A DNA stretch of 63,922 nucleotides, counting the filler, from Octopus bimaculoides (taxonomy: Eukaryota): assembly GCF_001194135.2 (NCBI RefSeq). It is 5 parts of 5 records of this genome, joined end to end, with 100 filler letters (N's around TTAATTAATTAA, not from the genome) between each part and the next. Parts side by side here need not be neighbours in the genome. Positions count along the whole stretch, not along the records: positions 24,067 to 31,738 come from NC_068982.1; positions 31,839 to 41,410 come from NC_068995.1; 3 more parts are not named here. The stretch is one strand, 5' to 3'. The notes under the pieces are model-generated. The model was not told where the DNA came from. It did no database searches and was given only the letters and a program-made list of their open reading frames with translations. Each line of letters starts with the position of its first letter. Position 1 is the first letter of the stretch. Made by a program: the position numbers and the translations under genes. Positions 24,608 through 36,948 of this stretch are shown here, piece by piece.

Positions 24608-26245
24608 ACTACCCAGCGAATGCCCTTCATGCGTTTAAGATGAACAAAGAGGTTGATGAACACAACACGGAACACCTCAAGCTGCTTGACTCAATTTATG
24701 ACATCAAAGCTATCGACAAAAAGAAAGACATCCAGACTAGCCTTATTGATGATGTCATTTACACTAAGGCATCAGACACTGGCGGCCTCAGCGAAGTAGT
24801 GTCTGTAGCAGTTAGTGCTAGAGTTATGATAACTGTCAACACAGACGTCTCTGACTGTCTGGCAAATGGCATCTGTGGCACAGTTGTTGGGATTGACAAC
24901 ACCGGTAGTGACATCCGTACAATCCTCGTCAAATTTGACAGTAAACGGGTGGGTGAGCAGGTCATCGCTGACAGCCAGTACAAGCGGTCATTCCCGGGAG
25001 TAGTTCCCATCAAACAACTGGATGTTCAGTTCTATACCAGGAGGGTTAGACGATCTGTGGAGGCAAAGCTTTCGCAATTTCCTCTCACTCTGGCCTGGGG
25101 TTGCACCATACATAAAGTCCAGGGCAAGACCATGGATAAGATTGTTGTTGCCATGCAAGGAAAAGGTTCCTTCATGCCTGGCCAGGCGTATGTTGCCTTG
25201 AGTCATGTCTGATACTTGAGTAGCCTCTTCTTACTTGGATTTGATGCCACTGCAATCCACACCAGTTCATCTGTTGTTTGTGAAATGGACAGGCTTCCAC
25301 AGCAAACATCGTCGGAAACTTTGCCTTCTGCTGCTCCCACAGTTACTCATGGAGGACTGCAGATCAGACTGCTCAATATCAGGTCCTACTTTGAACATGA
25401 ACAAGACTTGAAAGCAGCCAGCACTCTTCAAAATGTTGATGTGTTTTGTTTCGTGGAAACGTTCTTGAAGCAGAATCAACAAGTAGCATCCATCCTACTG
25501 CAGTCGAAGATCACTAGAGCAGACAGGCCTGCTGCACTGGGGCATGGAGGTGGGGGTGATGACTGTTGCCAAGCAGGAGATCGCCCCCACGAATATACAT
25601 TTGAATATCAGTGGCTTAGAGTACACCACTGTCGGGGTGGCCATCTCATCAACAAAAATCAGTGTCATCACCATTTACAGATCTCCTTCTATACCAGTTG
25701 TTCCTTTCCTCACCAGCATGCATCATCTGATAAGATCTTTGCCAAGGAATCATCTGACCATCATCCTTAGTGATTTCAACATAGATCTCCTTGATTCCCC
25801 TAACCATGAGATCTTAACAACTATGAACCAGTTTGGGTTCGACCAACTAGTCAAAAAACCCACCACCGACAATGGAAGCCTGCTAGATCATGTTTACATG
25901 AATCAGGATCGGAGTCCACAAACCACTGCAACTGACTGTTACTTTTCTGACCATGATGTGGTGTGTGTATCACTCAAGTTTTAGGTAATTGTTGTTTCTT
26001 TTTAGTTGTATGATGAAACTAGCTTGTTGTTGTCATTGATGTATTATAACTGCTTCAGATGATTCCTATTTTCAGAGGTTTTTTTAAAAATCATATGGCT
26101 GTGCTATTTTTTTTTTACCCCCACCAAGGAGGTTATGTTTTTGCCGGCGTTGGTTTGGGAAATTGGGCGATTTTCAGCATGCGTGTATATGGGTGGAAAT
26201 GAGCTGCTTGGCAGAGGTCTGCACTCTCCGAGTGCTTTTCTAGTT
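24608..26245 (+). mobile_element. Helentron/Helitron2-type relic: PIF1 helicase C-terminus, AP-like endonuclease and 3' terminus
   Basis: ARVMITVNTDVSDCLANG, QFPLTLAWGCTIHKVQGKT, GQAYVALS; then LNIRS, FVETFL, GGGV, TIYRSP, DFNIDLL, LLDHVY, FSDH; end CCACCAAGGAGGTTATGTTTT...CTTGGCAGAGGTCTGCACTCTCCGAGTGCTTTTCTAG. Confidence 0.85.
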
Positions 26246-26389
26246 TACTACAATTTATTATATTTTATTTCTAAATACATGCACACACACATACATATAC
26301 ACACACATGAAAAATACACGCACCTGTGCACACACATGAACGCAGATATACCTCCCACACACCACACCTAACACTCACAACTCCACGCA

Positions 26390-26960
26390 CACACATACAC
26401 ACATGCACTTGTAACTTTCATAACCTGATCTAACAGCTTGATGCCTCTGTAATTATTTGTATCTAAAGCGTCACCTTTACCTTTGTAGCAGCTGACTATG
26501 GTGCTGCTACACCAGTCATTGGGTATGACTCCTTCGTGTATCACCTGGTTCGTAATACGGGTGACTAGGCTATAGCCGACACTGCCAGATATTTTGAGCA
26601 TCTCTGCAGTGATTCCTGATGGGCCGGGGGCTTTCCCTGTCTTCATACTCTTAATTGCTTTATCTACCATGGTACTGTCAACTGGGATAGCTGGTTCCTC
26701 TGTTGGGTCAACATACGGCAGACTCTCTTTCTCCCATTCATTCTCTTTATTAAGCAATCTATCGTAGTGGCATCTCCAGACCTCTTTCTTTGCAGCCTCA
26801 TTTAGTGCAAGTGTACCATCATCCATGCAAACACATTTCTCTCCTACGACATCACTGTTCTCTCTCCTACACTGTCTTGCAACATGAAATACCTCAAGTC
26901 TTTGGTCCTCACGGCACAGAACATTGGCAAATCTTTTCTTACCTGCTTCCCCTCTCGCTA
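26390..26960 (-). mobile_element. RTE LINE fragment (pre-RT and RT N-terminus)
   Basis: AIKSMKTGKAPGPSGITAEMLK, IPNDW, YKGKGDALDTNNYRGIKLL. Confidence 0.9.
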
Positions 26961-27399
26961 TACACATATATATACAAATATATGTGTATACATATACATA
27001 TATATATGTGTATACATATATGCATATATATATATATATACATGTATACATATACATATATATATATGTGTGTGTATACATATATACATATACATATATA
27101 TATATGTGTGTGTATATACATATACATATATATATATATATATACAAACATACATATACATTTACATTTACGTCTGTCTGCCACAAATATTGGAATTGTA
27201 AAATCACTAGAAAACTGTTAAAAACATAAAATCATGTTACTGTACAATAAATAAGTATAAAAGCATATAAAATCATACTAAAATATGTACAGTAAATGTT
27301 AAGATACACACTATAAAGTAGTGTAGGTTAGTGAACAAAATCATGAAATTATCTGTGTTGTCTTATTTATCGGTCTTTCAGAGTTCATATTGCACTGTA

Positions 27400-29765
27400 G
27401 TCCCAATACCTACCATTAGGCGGCGTCTTCACTCGTGATTCCTACGATTGTTTTGAATTCAGATTTGTTTACGTCTGTTTATCGGCTACTTTCTCATTCT
27501 CATTCATTTGTGACTTTATTTTTTGCACCCATGGCTCCTAAGAGAATTCATAGTGAAAGTGCTAAGCGTCATGCTATAATCCTGGAAGATAAACTTGCCA
27601 AGATAAAACACCATGTAAAAGGTGAAAAGTCGGACAACTGCATTGACGATTGTACATGACGAGTACAAGATTTTAGCACATATCAAATCTGAAACCCCAG
27701 GATGAAGAACATTGTCATCAATAAGGAAAGAGGCAAAATCTTTGAAGAAATGGAAAGTCTTCTTTCTCTTTGGATTGTTAGGTTGAATCATCAGCGTGCT
27801 ATTATTATTAGTCAAGAAATCATTGTCTTTGTTTGAGGACCTGAAGAAAAAATATTTAGATGAGAAAGACGTAGAGTTCGAGGCAAGTCAAGGATGGTTC
27901 ATGAGATTTAAGGAGCAAAGACGTTATCACTCCATTAAGAAGCAAGGTGAAAGTGCATCAGCTGACGAACAAACAGCGGAATTTCCTAATGCATTAAAGA
28001 AAATCATCAAGGAAAATGGGTTTCTTCCCAAACAGATTTTTAACATAGATGAAACTGGATTATATTGGAAAGAATTGCCAGACCATTCATTCATTTCCAA
28101 CACGGAGAAAACTATTCCAGGTTACAAGGTCTCAAAAGAATGTGTAACCATTACGTTGGGAAGTAATTGTGCAGGAGATTTTAAGCTAAAGCCATTGCTT
28201 GTGTATCATGCACACAACCCGTGCCCTGAAGAACATACCCAAGGCATCTCTCCCTGTTATATGGATGGCTAATTCAAAAACATGGCTTGGTTCTTCAATC
28301 ATTTTATCCCAGCAGCAGAGAAGCACTGTAAGGAGAAGTGGATTCCTTTTGAGGTTATACTTATTTTAGATAATGCTCCTAGCCACCTGCAAAACATCAT
28401 AAATTTTAAATTCAAATTATGATAAACGTAAACAAATGAAGTTTGCCTTTAGAATCGTTGAGATGTCTTAGAAAGTCAAAGAAGTGATTTTTAAATTCTC
28501 AAACGCAGGATAATGCTAATAATATAGCCTGAACAGGATAAGCTACCCCTATTTTGCAGAAAACTGTTGGCTGTCAGCTTTTGACCCAACATTACCGTTG
28601 TATACCCACCTCTGAACATCACATCTCTTCTGCAGCCAAAGGATCAGGGAATAATTGCTATCTTCAAGCGTTACTATATGAAGCATACACTGTGGCAAGC
28701 AATAGCTGCAACTGATCTTGATAATTCCATCACACATCGTGAACTTTTGGAAGAGATAAGATATCTACAAGGCTGTACAGAACATAGCAGCAGCATGGAA
28801 TGATGTACAGATCATGGCTATGAATGGTGTATAGAAGAAGCTATGCCCGCAATTCATGAATGATTTTAAGGGGTTTGACAATGTTGTCATCAACGAAACG
28901 TTGGTGACTACAAGCAAAGAACTGGAAATGGATTCGGAAGAGGAAGATTTCAAAACTGTATTCATAAATGACAAGTAACCCCTGACGAATGAGGATTTGA
29001 TAGAACTTCACAAGCAGCAAAATAAAGAAGAGGAAGTTAAACCTGAGCCACATCACTTTACCATTAAGAAAATGCAGCAAGCATTTGAATATAATGAAAA
29101 AGATCTTTCTATGTTTGAGGATATGGAACCAAATGCTCAACACTTTTCCAAGATTATGGGGGCTTGTTACAAAGCTTTTGCTCCTTATAATGTAATCCTT
29201 GTGGAGAAGAAGACAGTTCAAGGAACTCTAAACAGGTTTTTTAAGTGCATCGAACGACAAGAACAGCCAGAGTCAGCTGTTGATGTTGACGATCCACAGC
29301 CATTTACATCCGCGATGTAAACCAAATTGTATGTACATATTGGTAAATTTGAAATAATTTATCTTTTTTACTATTGCAAAATAATAACAATTTGTTTTTT
29401 AAGCTTAAAAAAGGCTTTTATTTTACTATGTCTTATTGCAAACTGCATTCATAAATAAAGCATCCACGATGTACAGTAAACACTGCCAAATTGTATTCGT
29501 AAACTCAGATTACTTTTTTATTTACGGTACTGTATTAAAAAATAAAAATTATTTGTTTGTAAGCTTAGAATAGGTTTTTATTAATCATGTATTATTGAAA
29601 ATGCATTCATAAATAAAGTAGAGAACTGGGAAAGGTTATTATCAGTTTAGCCTAGAGACAAGTAAATTCTGCTTAGCCTAGAGACAAGTTATTTCAACTG
29701 AAGTCATTTTTGACTTAAGTCATGTCTCCTGGAACCAATTAACAACATAAGGTGAAGTATGCCTG
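27400..29765 (+). mobile_element. Tigger/pogo transposon relic (TIGD1-like transposase pseudogene), right TIR present
   Basis: MAPKR..HTH; FEASQGWFMRFK, GESASAD, QIFNIDETGLYWK, LKPLLVY, LILDNAPSH; right TIR ...GAAGTATGCCTG followed by TA at 29766. Confidence 0.9.
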
Positions 29766-29799
29766 TATTAATAAATAATATATAACATATATATATATA

Positions 29800-30210
29800 T
29801 ATATATGCATATATGGGTACAGAATGTCACCAACGGCGCAAATAACATGAAATATGTAAACAAATGAGGGAAAATTGAGTGAAATATGTAAACGAGAAAA
29901 AAATGGAAAGCAGGACAAGTTAATGCAGAGAAAGGACCCCTCATCAGTTGTCGGCTGTCTATCTACTGCTCATTTCGAGCATTCAACAATATGAGTCTTC
30001 AAAGACAGTTGCTCCCATAACTTCCAAAATGAGTTTTGGATTTTATGGAGGATCAAAGTTGAGAACAAAAAAATGACAGTGGAGACATACAAGGAAACCA
30101 AATGAAAACAAACATAGAGGGTCGTTAGACCAGAACAAGAGGAAAACAGTGAACACAGGGAGAAACATTTTTTTGAAGAGAAAAGATAGAAGAGAGAGAG
30201 AGAAAAACAC
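29800..30210 (-). repeat. Second copy of the 1735-2390 repeat family
   Basis: Reverse-complement similarity to 2040-2380. Confidence 0.7.
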
Positions 30211-30212
30211 GC

Positions 30213-30247
<35 letters not shown>

Positions 30248-30895
30248 GGGAGCTCCTCTATGCTGATGACCTTGTTCTTATAGCTGAATCACTATCTAAC
30301 CTGGAGAAGAAATTTCAGGTGTGGAAGCAAGGTCTGGACTGTAAGGGCCTTAGACTTAATTTAGCAAAGACCAAAGTCATAGAAAGTAGGAAAACAGACT
30401 AATCACAAGTCCCTTCAGGTGGATGGCTCTACTCATTATATAGGTAGAGTATTGGTAGAAACTCCATAAGGTGTACCCAGTGCAAACTTTGGATACATAA
30501 GAGGCGTAGCACTATCACAGGAAGGTTGACAAAGAAAATAGTCTTTATGTGTGTCAAATGTGCAGGTACAAGCACTAAAATCTCACATAGAGTAGACTTC
30601 ATTAAATGCTCAGGATGATCCTTAAAAGTAGTAGATAGCTTCTGTTTCCTTGGTGACCAAGTTAGCAGTGGAGGAGAAAGTTCTGAAAGCACAGTTGCTA
30701 GGATAAGAACAGCTACTTAAAAAAGTGTTGGTCTTTAATTGTGGAGGGAACTTGTGGAAGGGATAGACCCAGGAAGACATGGACGAATTGGTGAAAAAGG
30801 ATCTTCAGACACTTGGTCTCATTGACGATACATCAACAAACCAGGACTTGTGGCAATTTGCTGTACTTAAGACAACATATCAAGCTAAGTAAAAT
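30248..30895 (+). mobile_element. RTE LINE RT fragment with internal deletion
   Basis: ELLYADDLVLIAES, GLRLNLAKTKV, GRDRPRKTW. Confidence 0.85.
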
Positions 30896-31219
30896 CGTGG
30901 CAGGTGACAGTGCCACATAAAATGCACTCATGGCAGTGCCTCATAAAAGTGGTTGATGTTAAGAAGGGCATCCAGCTGTAGAAACAGACAACTGGAGTCA
31001 AGTTATCTCTCCAGCCAGCCAGCTAGCTCCTACCAAACTATTCAACCCATGGAAAACAGATATTAAACGAAGATGATATATATCATATTATATATATATA
31101 TATATATATTTATATACTAAGGGTGATAAATTGAATATTAATTTAATTAACATCAATTTAAAACCAGTGGCCTAGCATATAAAAAAATCTGAAAATTCAG
31201 AAAAACTGTATTACATGCA

Positions 31220-31496
31220 TATAAGAAGGGATGACCACTAAGTGGACATCCGATATGCTAGAAAAAGATCCCCTACGATCTAACCACAAAGAAAAGAATG
31301 TTCTCCAGAAAAAATTCAGCAAACACCAGAACATAAGCGGGCAAGACAAATGAAAATATACAAAATAAAGAATTAATCGTAGACCGGGTTTCGCCATTAA
31401 CTCTTTTCTGGAGAACATTCTTTTCTTTGTGGTTAGATCGTAGGTGCTCTTTTTCTAGCATATCGGATGTCCACTTAGTGGTCATCCCTTCTTATA
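31220..31496. repeat. Foldback/MITE-like element, 93-bp near-perfect arms, 91-bp loop
   Basis: 31220-31312 is the reverse complement of 31404-31496 with about 3 mismatches; begins and ends with TA. Confidence 0.95.
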
Positions 31497-31502
31497 CGTA
31501 TA

Positions 31503-31738
31503 TATCATCATCATCGTTTAACGTCCGCTTTCCATGCTAGCATGGGTTGGACGATTTGACTGAGGACTGGTGAAAACCAGATGGCTACACCAGGCTCCAA
31601 TCTGATTTGGCAGAGTTTCTACAGCTGGATTCCCTTCCTAACACCAACCACTCAGAGAGTGTAGTGGGTGCTTTTATGTGTCACTCGCACGAAGGCCAGT
31701 CAGGCGGTACTGGCAACGGCTATGCTCAAAATGGTGTA
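31503..31738 (-). mobile_element. RTE-type 3' tail (truncated by gap)
   Basis: (TCA)nTCGTTTAACGTCCGCTTTCCATGCTAGCATGGG, as at 55865. Confidence 0.85.
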
Positions 31739-31838
31739 NNNNNNNNNNNNNNNNNNNNNNNNNNNNNNNNNNNNNNNNNNNNTTAATTAATTAANNNNNN
31801 NNNNNNNNNNNNNNNNNNNNNNNNNNNNNNNNNNNNNN

Positions 31839-32630
31839 CCAGAGTTGCTCAGGTGCTAAGTTCGTTGTTTTAATGGTCCTTTTCTGGGGTTGTTGCTTCA
31901 CCGACCATATTTGTTTCCAGAATTTCTCTAGTTCTCCTGCTGTTGGTGCTGCAGTAATGTCTATTTTATTTTTACCCAGTTCTTGGTAGAGTTTTTTGGG
32001 GTTGGATTTGAACTGTTTGTTTTGTTCAAAGAAACGTTGGCGTTTCTCATACCGGCGGATCCTTTGTGCTTTGGCAAGGATGTCTTGCTTTAGTTTTTCT
32101 TTTGCCTCAGGTAAGTCTTTTTCTGTAATGCTGTATTTGTACAGTATTTTTGTTTTCTTCTTGTTACTTAGTTATGTTGATTGTTTACTAATTTCGTTGA
32201 GAATCGATTATTATTATTATTATTATTATTATTGGTATTATTATTATTATTATTATTTAGTGGGAGAGCAGCGCATGCTATTTAAGAGACACGAAATATA
32301 TGAAGCCCAGTATACCCATCATGACTGCCCATCTGATAAGGGTTAACAAGTCGCATGGACTATAACTATATGTGCGTGACAAAAAAAAAACACATGTTCT
32401 TGAAGGTGAGGTCGAGTTAGAATTCTCTTCAGCTCGAAGAGTACATCCTGCTCAAAAAGTCTTCCAATAAGGGTTGTTTAAGAATGGTGAATAAAACACC
32501 CATATTTCCAGTGGTGAATAATTCAAACTCCAATGAATTATTCTCAACACATAGCTATGATTCTCCCCCACTACTTCTGCTTGTGATCAGGCATGTACAT
32601 ATCGTCTCCCACTAAGAAACTAGCTCAGTT
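31839..32630 (-). mobile_element. R4/Dong-like LINE fragments around a (TAA)n tract
   Basis: KAQRIRRYEKRQRFFEQNKQFKSNPKKLYQELG..ELEKFWKQIW; (TAA)n at 32206-32258; UTR-like block at 32260-32630. Confidence 0.6.
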
Positions 32631-34840
32631 GGTTGAAATCAAACTGACAAGCAAATCTGTGGTAATGCACCGAATATTTACTGTAGCCCATCTCTTATAC
32701 AATACATGACAGCACTTCTAATCAGTTCATATCACAAGCCATGAGAGCCAGTGCCTTGTTAGTGTTATCGTTCATAATAGCATTATTATCTTTATTACTA
32801 ATAAAAGTGGTAGCATTATTGTCATTATTTTCTTCTTATCACTTTCTACCTATTCTTAGTATTGTTGCCGTCCTACTTTCTACTGTTTTAAATTTCACCC
32901 CCGTTTCTCTCTCCCCGTCACTTCATTTTATTTTATCATTGGAAACAATTTTCTCCCTTCTATTGTAATATGCCATTGTCCTTCTTCCGTCCAGTTTTCG
33001 ATTTTGGTTTCTCTTTCTTCATCCTTTCATATTCTCGTCTTCTCCATCATCTTCAACTTCCGCACGTTCTTTTCCTCTTCTTCCTTCGTTTTCTTCTGTT
33101 CCATTATCTTCATTTTCTCCCTCCCTCTCCTTCCTGTTCTTTGTTTTTCTCCCCTATATAATACTTCTTCATCCCCTAACCATATTTTTATTTATTCTGG
33201 CACGATTCTTTTACATTTTCATATTTATGTACATTTTCTTTCCTCCCGATATCAGCAAAACCAAAATTCTAGCAAACGCACAATGGAAAAGTGCACCATT
33301 GATGTAGGGCTGAATAAGAGCTATTCTAATGATTAAAACCGAAATATTTACGTAATATTTTACGTAAATGTTTCATTTGGAACTTTTGCCTGAACTGGTG
33401 TGGAAAGCAGTGTTAGTACGGAAACATTTGTAAGTGATAATTAAAAATGTGTTAAAGCTACTTTTTGTTTTCTTTTATTTTGACTTATTTTGTGCGTGTG
33501 TGTGCGTACTATATGCGTGTTTATATGCCTGTGTATTGGTACACAGTTGTTTTGTCTGTATGCATATGTGTAAGTATTACATTTACGTTGTATGTAATTA
33601 GAAACTGATTAATTATTGCATATAGAACGACTCCGCAAAAGTAAAACCGTTAGGCGTACCTCTGTATATGGAAATATATTGGGTAACCGATATTTGACAT
33701 AAAACAATCTAATACCTTACATTTCACACGGTCCGATTGAAGATGAACATCAGGAGGAATAGCAATATTTCTGAGAACTATCCCATTATTATGAATATAT
33801 TTTCTGTTGAATAGTAATCACCACAAATTGAAAATGGGGCAGTATATCAGCTTGTTGTCTGACACTATATCTCACAGTTTGGTCTCGGTTATTACATAAA
33901 ACATTTAAGTGGCCATATATATTATAAATTACATTAGAGAAATTAATAATATTATTTTACTCCAGGAGGGCGCCGCTGGTATTTTCTGACTCTGTCGATA
34001 ACTACTCAGCGAGTTCCGTTTTCCATCAATTATGATTCAAAGTTAATGGAAATAGCACCTTCAGTCTGTTCATTTCCCTATTCATGAAGCTAGTTCTTCA
34101 CAACGTAATAACATTCTGTTAATTTCAACTGTTTATATTATAGAGAAACACGGAACACCGCTCGGAGTAGAAAGCCATTGCAAATAATGCAACTGACTAT
34201 GGTAGGGAAACGGTTAATATAGCTCTAATGTGGATCATATTTATGTCAAATTCCCTTCAGCTTTTCGCTTGTTACGGCCACCTATAGAAATAGCTGCTGA
34301 GAAGGAAAGAAATATCAAATTTATTAAGTCAGTGAAGCTGTGAAGAAATTCATCTTGTATATTACACATTAGGAAGACCTCAGGCTTACGTTGGAATCTT
34401 TGAGAGATGTCGATACACTTAGATAAGTTTAATATAAACAAAATAGTTATAAATAATACTGAAGAATATTATATTCATACTACAGTAACATTCAATTATA
34501 CAATAGAGAAACCCAGCAACTTATCTGAGAATAAATCTATACAGCGGCTTTTCAATAAATTTGAGTAATCATTCATTTTTCATTCAAAAGATCGTAATAC
34601 ACTGGCTCATAAAAGCTATTTACATTAATATTAGTAAATTAGTATATTTGCCGCTTATGTGTGTATGTGATATGCACGTGTATGTGCGGGCGTATATGTC
34701 CATGTACAATCGTACGTGATTGTATATATGAAATAGAATGATGCTATGAATAGAATGTTGTATAAATAGAATGTTTGCTAATTTCTGAAATCCTAGCTTT
34801 TATAATGTTTCATATATATATATATATATGTGTGCGTGTA

Positions 34841-34887
<47 letters not shown>

Positions 34888-35264
34888 ATNNNNNNNNNNN
34901 NNNNNNNNNNNNNNNNNNNNNNNNNNNNNNNNNNNNNNNNNNNNNNNNNNNNNNNNNNNNNNNNNNNNNNNNNNNNNNNNNNNNNNNNNNNNNNNNNNNN
35001 NNNNNNNNNNNNNNNNNNNNNNNNNNNNNNNNNNNNNNNNNNNNNNNNNNNNNNNNNNNNNNNNNNNNNNNNNNNNNNNNNNNNNNNNNNNNNNNNNNNN
35101 NNNNNNNNNNNNNNNNNNNNNNNNNNNNNNNNNNNNNNNNNNNNNNNNNNNNNNNNNNNNNNNNNNNNNNNNNNNNNNNNNNNNNNNNNNNNNNNNNNNN
35201 NNNNNNNNNNNNNNNNNNNNNATATATATATATATATATATACATATATGTGTGTGTGTGTGTA

Positions 35265-35305
<41 letters not shown>

Positions 35306-36092
35306 CTTTTAATATGCACCGTACAGTTATGAGCTTCTAATAGATTCATACATTGTAGATGTTTTCTAGGTCTCCAAGCAATCTATGGGCTCTGAGCGCA
35401 TGACTATACAAGTAACAAATCAGAACAATAGAAGAAAAGAATTCACGAAAACAAAACAGAAAACTAGGGGAAGGTGGGTGCAAAAGGTGAACGGTTGAAA
35501 GAAACGGGAAAAGAAAGGTGTGAAAGAAGACTTAGAATTATGTCTCCTTCGATCATAACGTCATAATACTGATGCAAGTGATATGCAGCAAAAGATAAAA
35601 AATCACCTTTAGATATAATAATTTCCCCGCGCTACAGAATTCGAGATCAGAGATTTTCTACGGACAAGTTTCTTAAAGTACCACCTTCACTGGATCCAGC
35701 ACCTGTGTCGCAGACTTTAGGCTCCTTCCGTTAACTCTACATAACTAGAATTTTGACTTTACGGTATAAAGGGTCATAACTTTAATTTTGCATTTTTCTT
35801 TTTCCGTTTCTTTCATTCTTCCACTTTATACGTCCACCATCATCTCGTTTTACGCGTGCTTGTTCTATTATCCTCATTTGTAACTTGTATAGAGCATGTG
35901 CTCAGAGCCCGGAGATTGCTCGGAAACACTTTCCATGTTATTTAAACTTGCTTGGATAACATTTCTTGTGTATGAAATTATTAGTAGCTCATAACTGTAT
36001 ACAATGTACATTAAACAATTTTTATCCTCCACCGGATGGAGTACTTTTCTTTTATTGATCTAATCTACACGGAAAAGTAAACTATGTCCGTA

Positions 36093-36164
<72 letters not shown>

Positions 36165-36167
<3 letters not shown>

Positions 36168-36385
36168 ATGTTTGTGTGTCTGTGGTTGTCCCCCCACCAT
36201 CGCTTGACAACCAATGCTGGGTGTTTACGTTCCCGTTACCGTAATCTAGCGGTTCGGCAATAGAGACCGATAGAATAAGTACTAGGCTTACAAAGAATAA
36301 GTCCTGGGGTCGATTTGCTCGACTAAAAGCTGTGCTCCAGCATGGCCGCAGTCAAATGACTGAAACAAGTAAAAGAGTAAAAGAG
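36165..36385 (+). mobile_element. SINE 3' half
   Basis: CCACCATCGCTTGACAACC...GCAGTCAAATGACTGAAACAAGTAAAAG. Confidence 0.85.
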
Positions 36386-36597
36386 TAAAGAATATATATA
36401 TACATCGTATAGTTTTTTTAAATTTCTGAGCGAGAAGCAAGCAGTAACAGTACTACAGAGTAAAATCTATTTGCTAATATACAGTTTCTGTCCTGATCAG
36501 GACTATGTTACTACCTTTTTTTAGCTCCAAGAACATAGTTGCGTCCTTATGCTTCGAACAAGGGAGTTAATATCCCCACTCAAACATAAACAGTACC

Positions 36598-36638
36598 CGT
36601 GGACCATGGTTTCTGGATTATTTCTCGTCATCAGCACA
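36598..36638 (-). ncRNA. Minimal type-I hammerhead-like motif with intact core
   Basis: UGUG-CUGAUGA-CGAGAAAUAAUCCA-GAAA-CCAUG-GUC-CACG; stem I 4 bp, palindromic ACCAUGGU helix III, weak stem II. Confidence 0.6.
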
Positions 36639-36864
36639 TGCTGACAGTTGGCTAGAGATAGCAACACTAGGCCTTGTTCGAGTTATATAATTTTAAACCG
36701 AAACACAAGCAATTAGTTTTAAAACTCTGAGCGAGAAGTAAGCAGTTAACAATACTAGAGTGTAAAATTTATTTGCCAACGTAGGACTGCCACTTTACAT
36801 TGGTAAATATATTTTACTCTCAATATATATACATGTATCTGTGTATGCACACACACACACACAC

Positions 36865-36948
<84 letters not shown>

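Noticed and set aside
36478-36505. CTGATCA..GAAACTGTA on the minus strand as a second hammerhead
   Set aside because: Core mismatch and no stem II; simply a GTCCTGATCAGGAC palindrome
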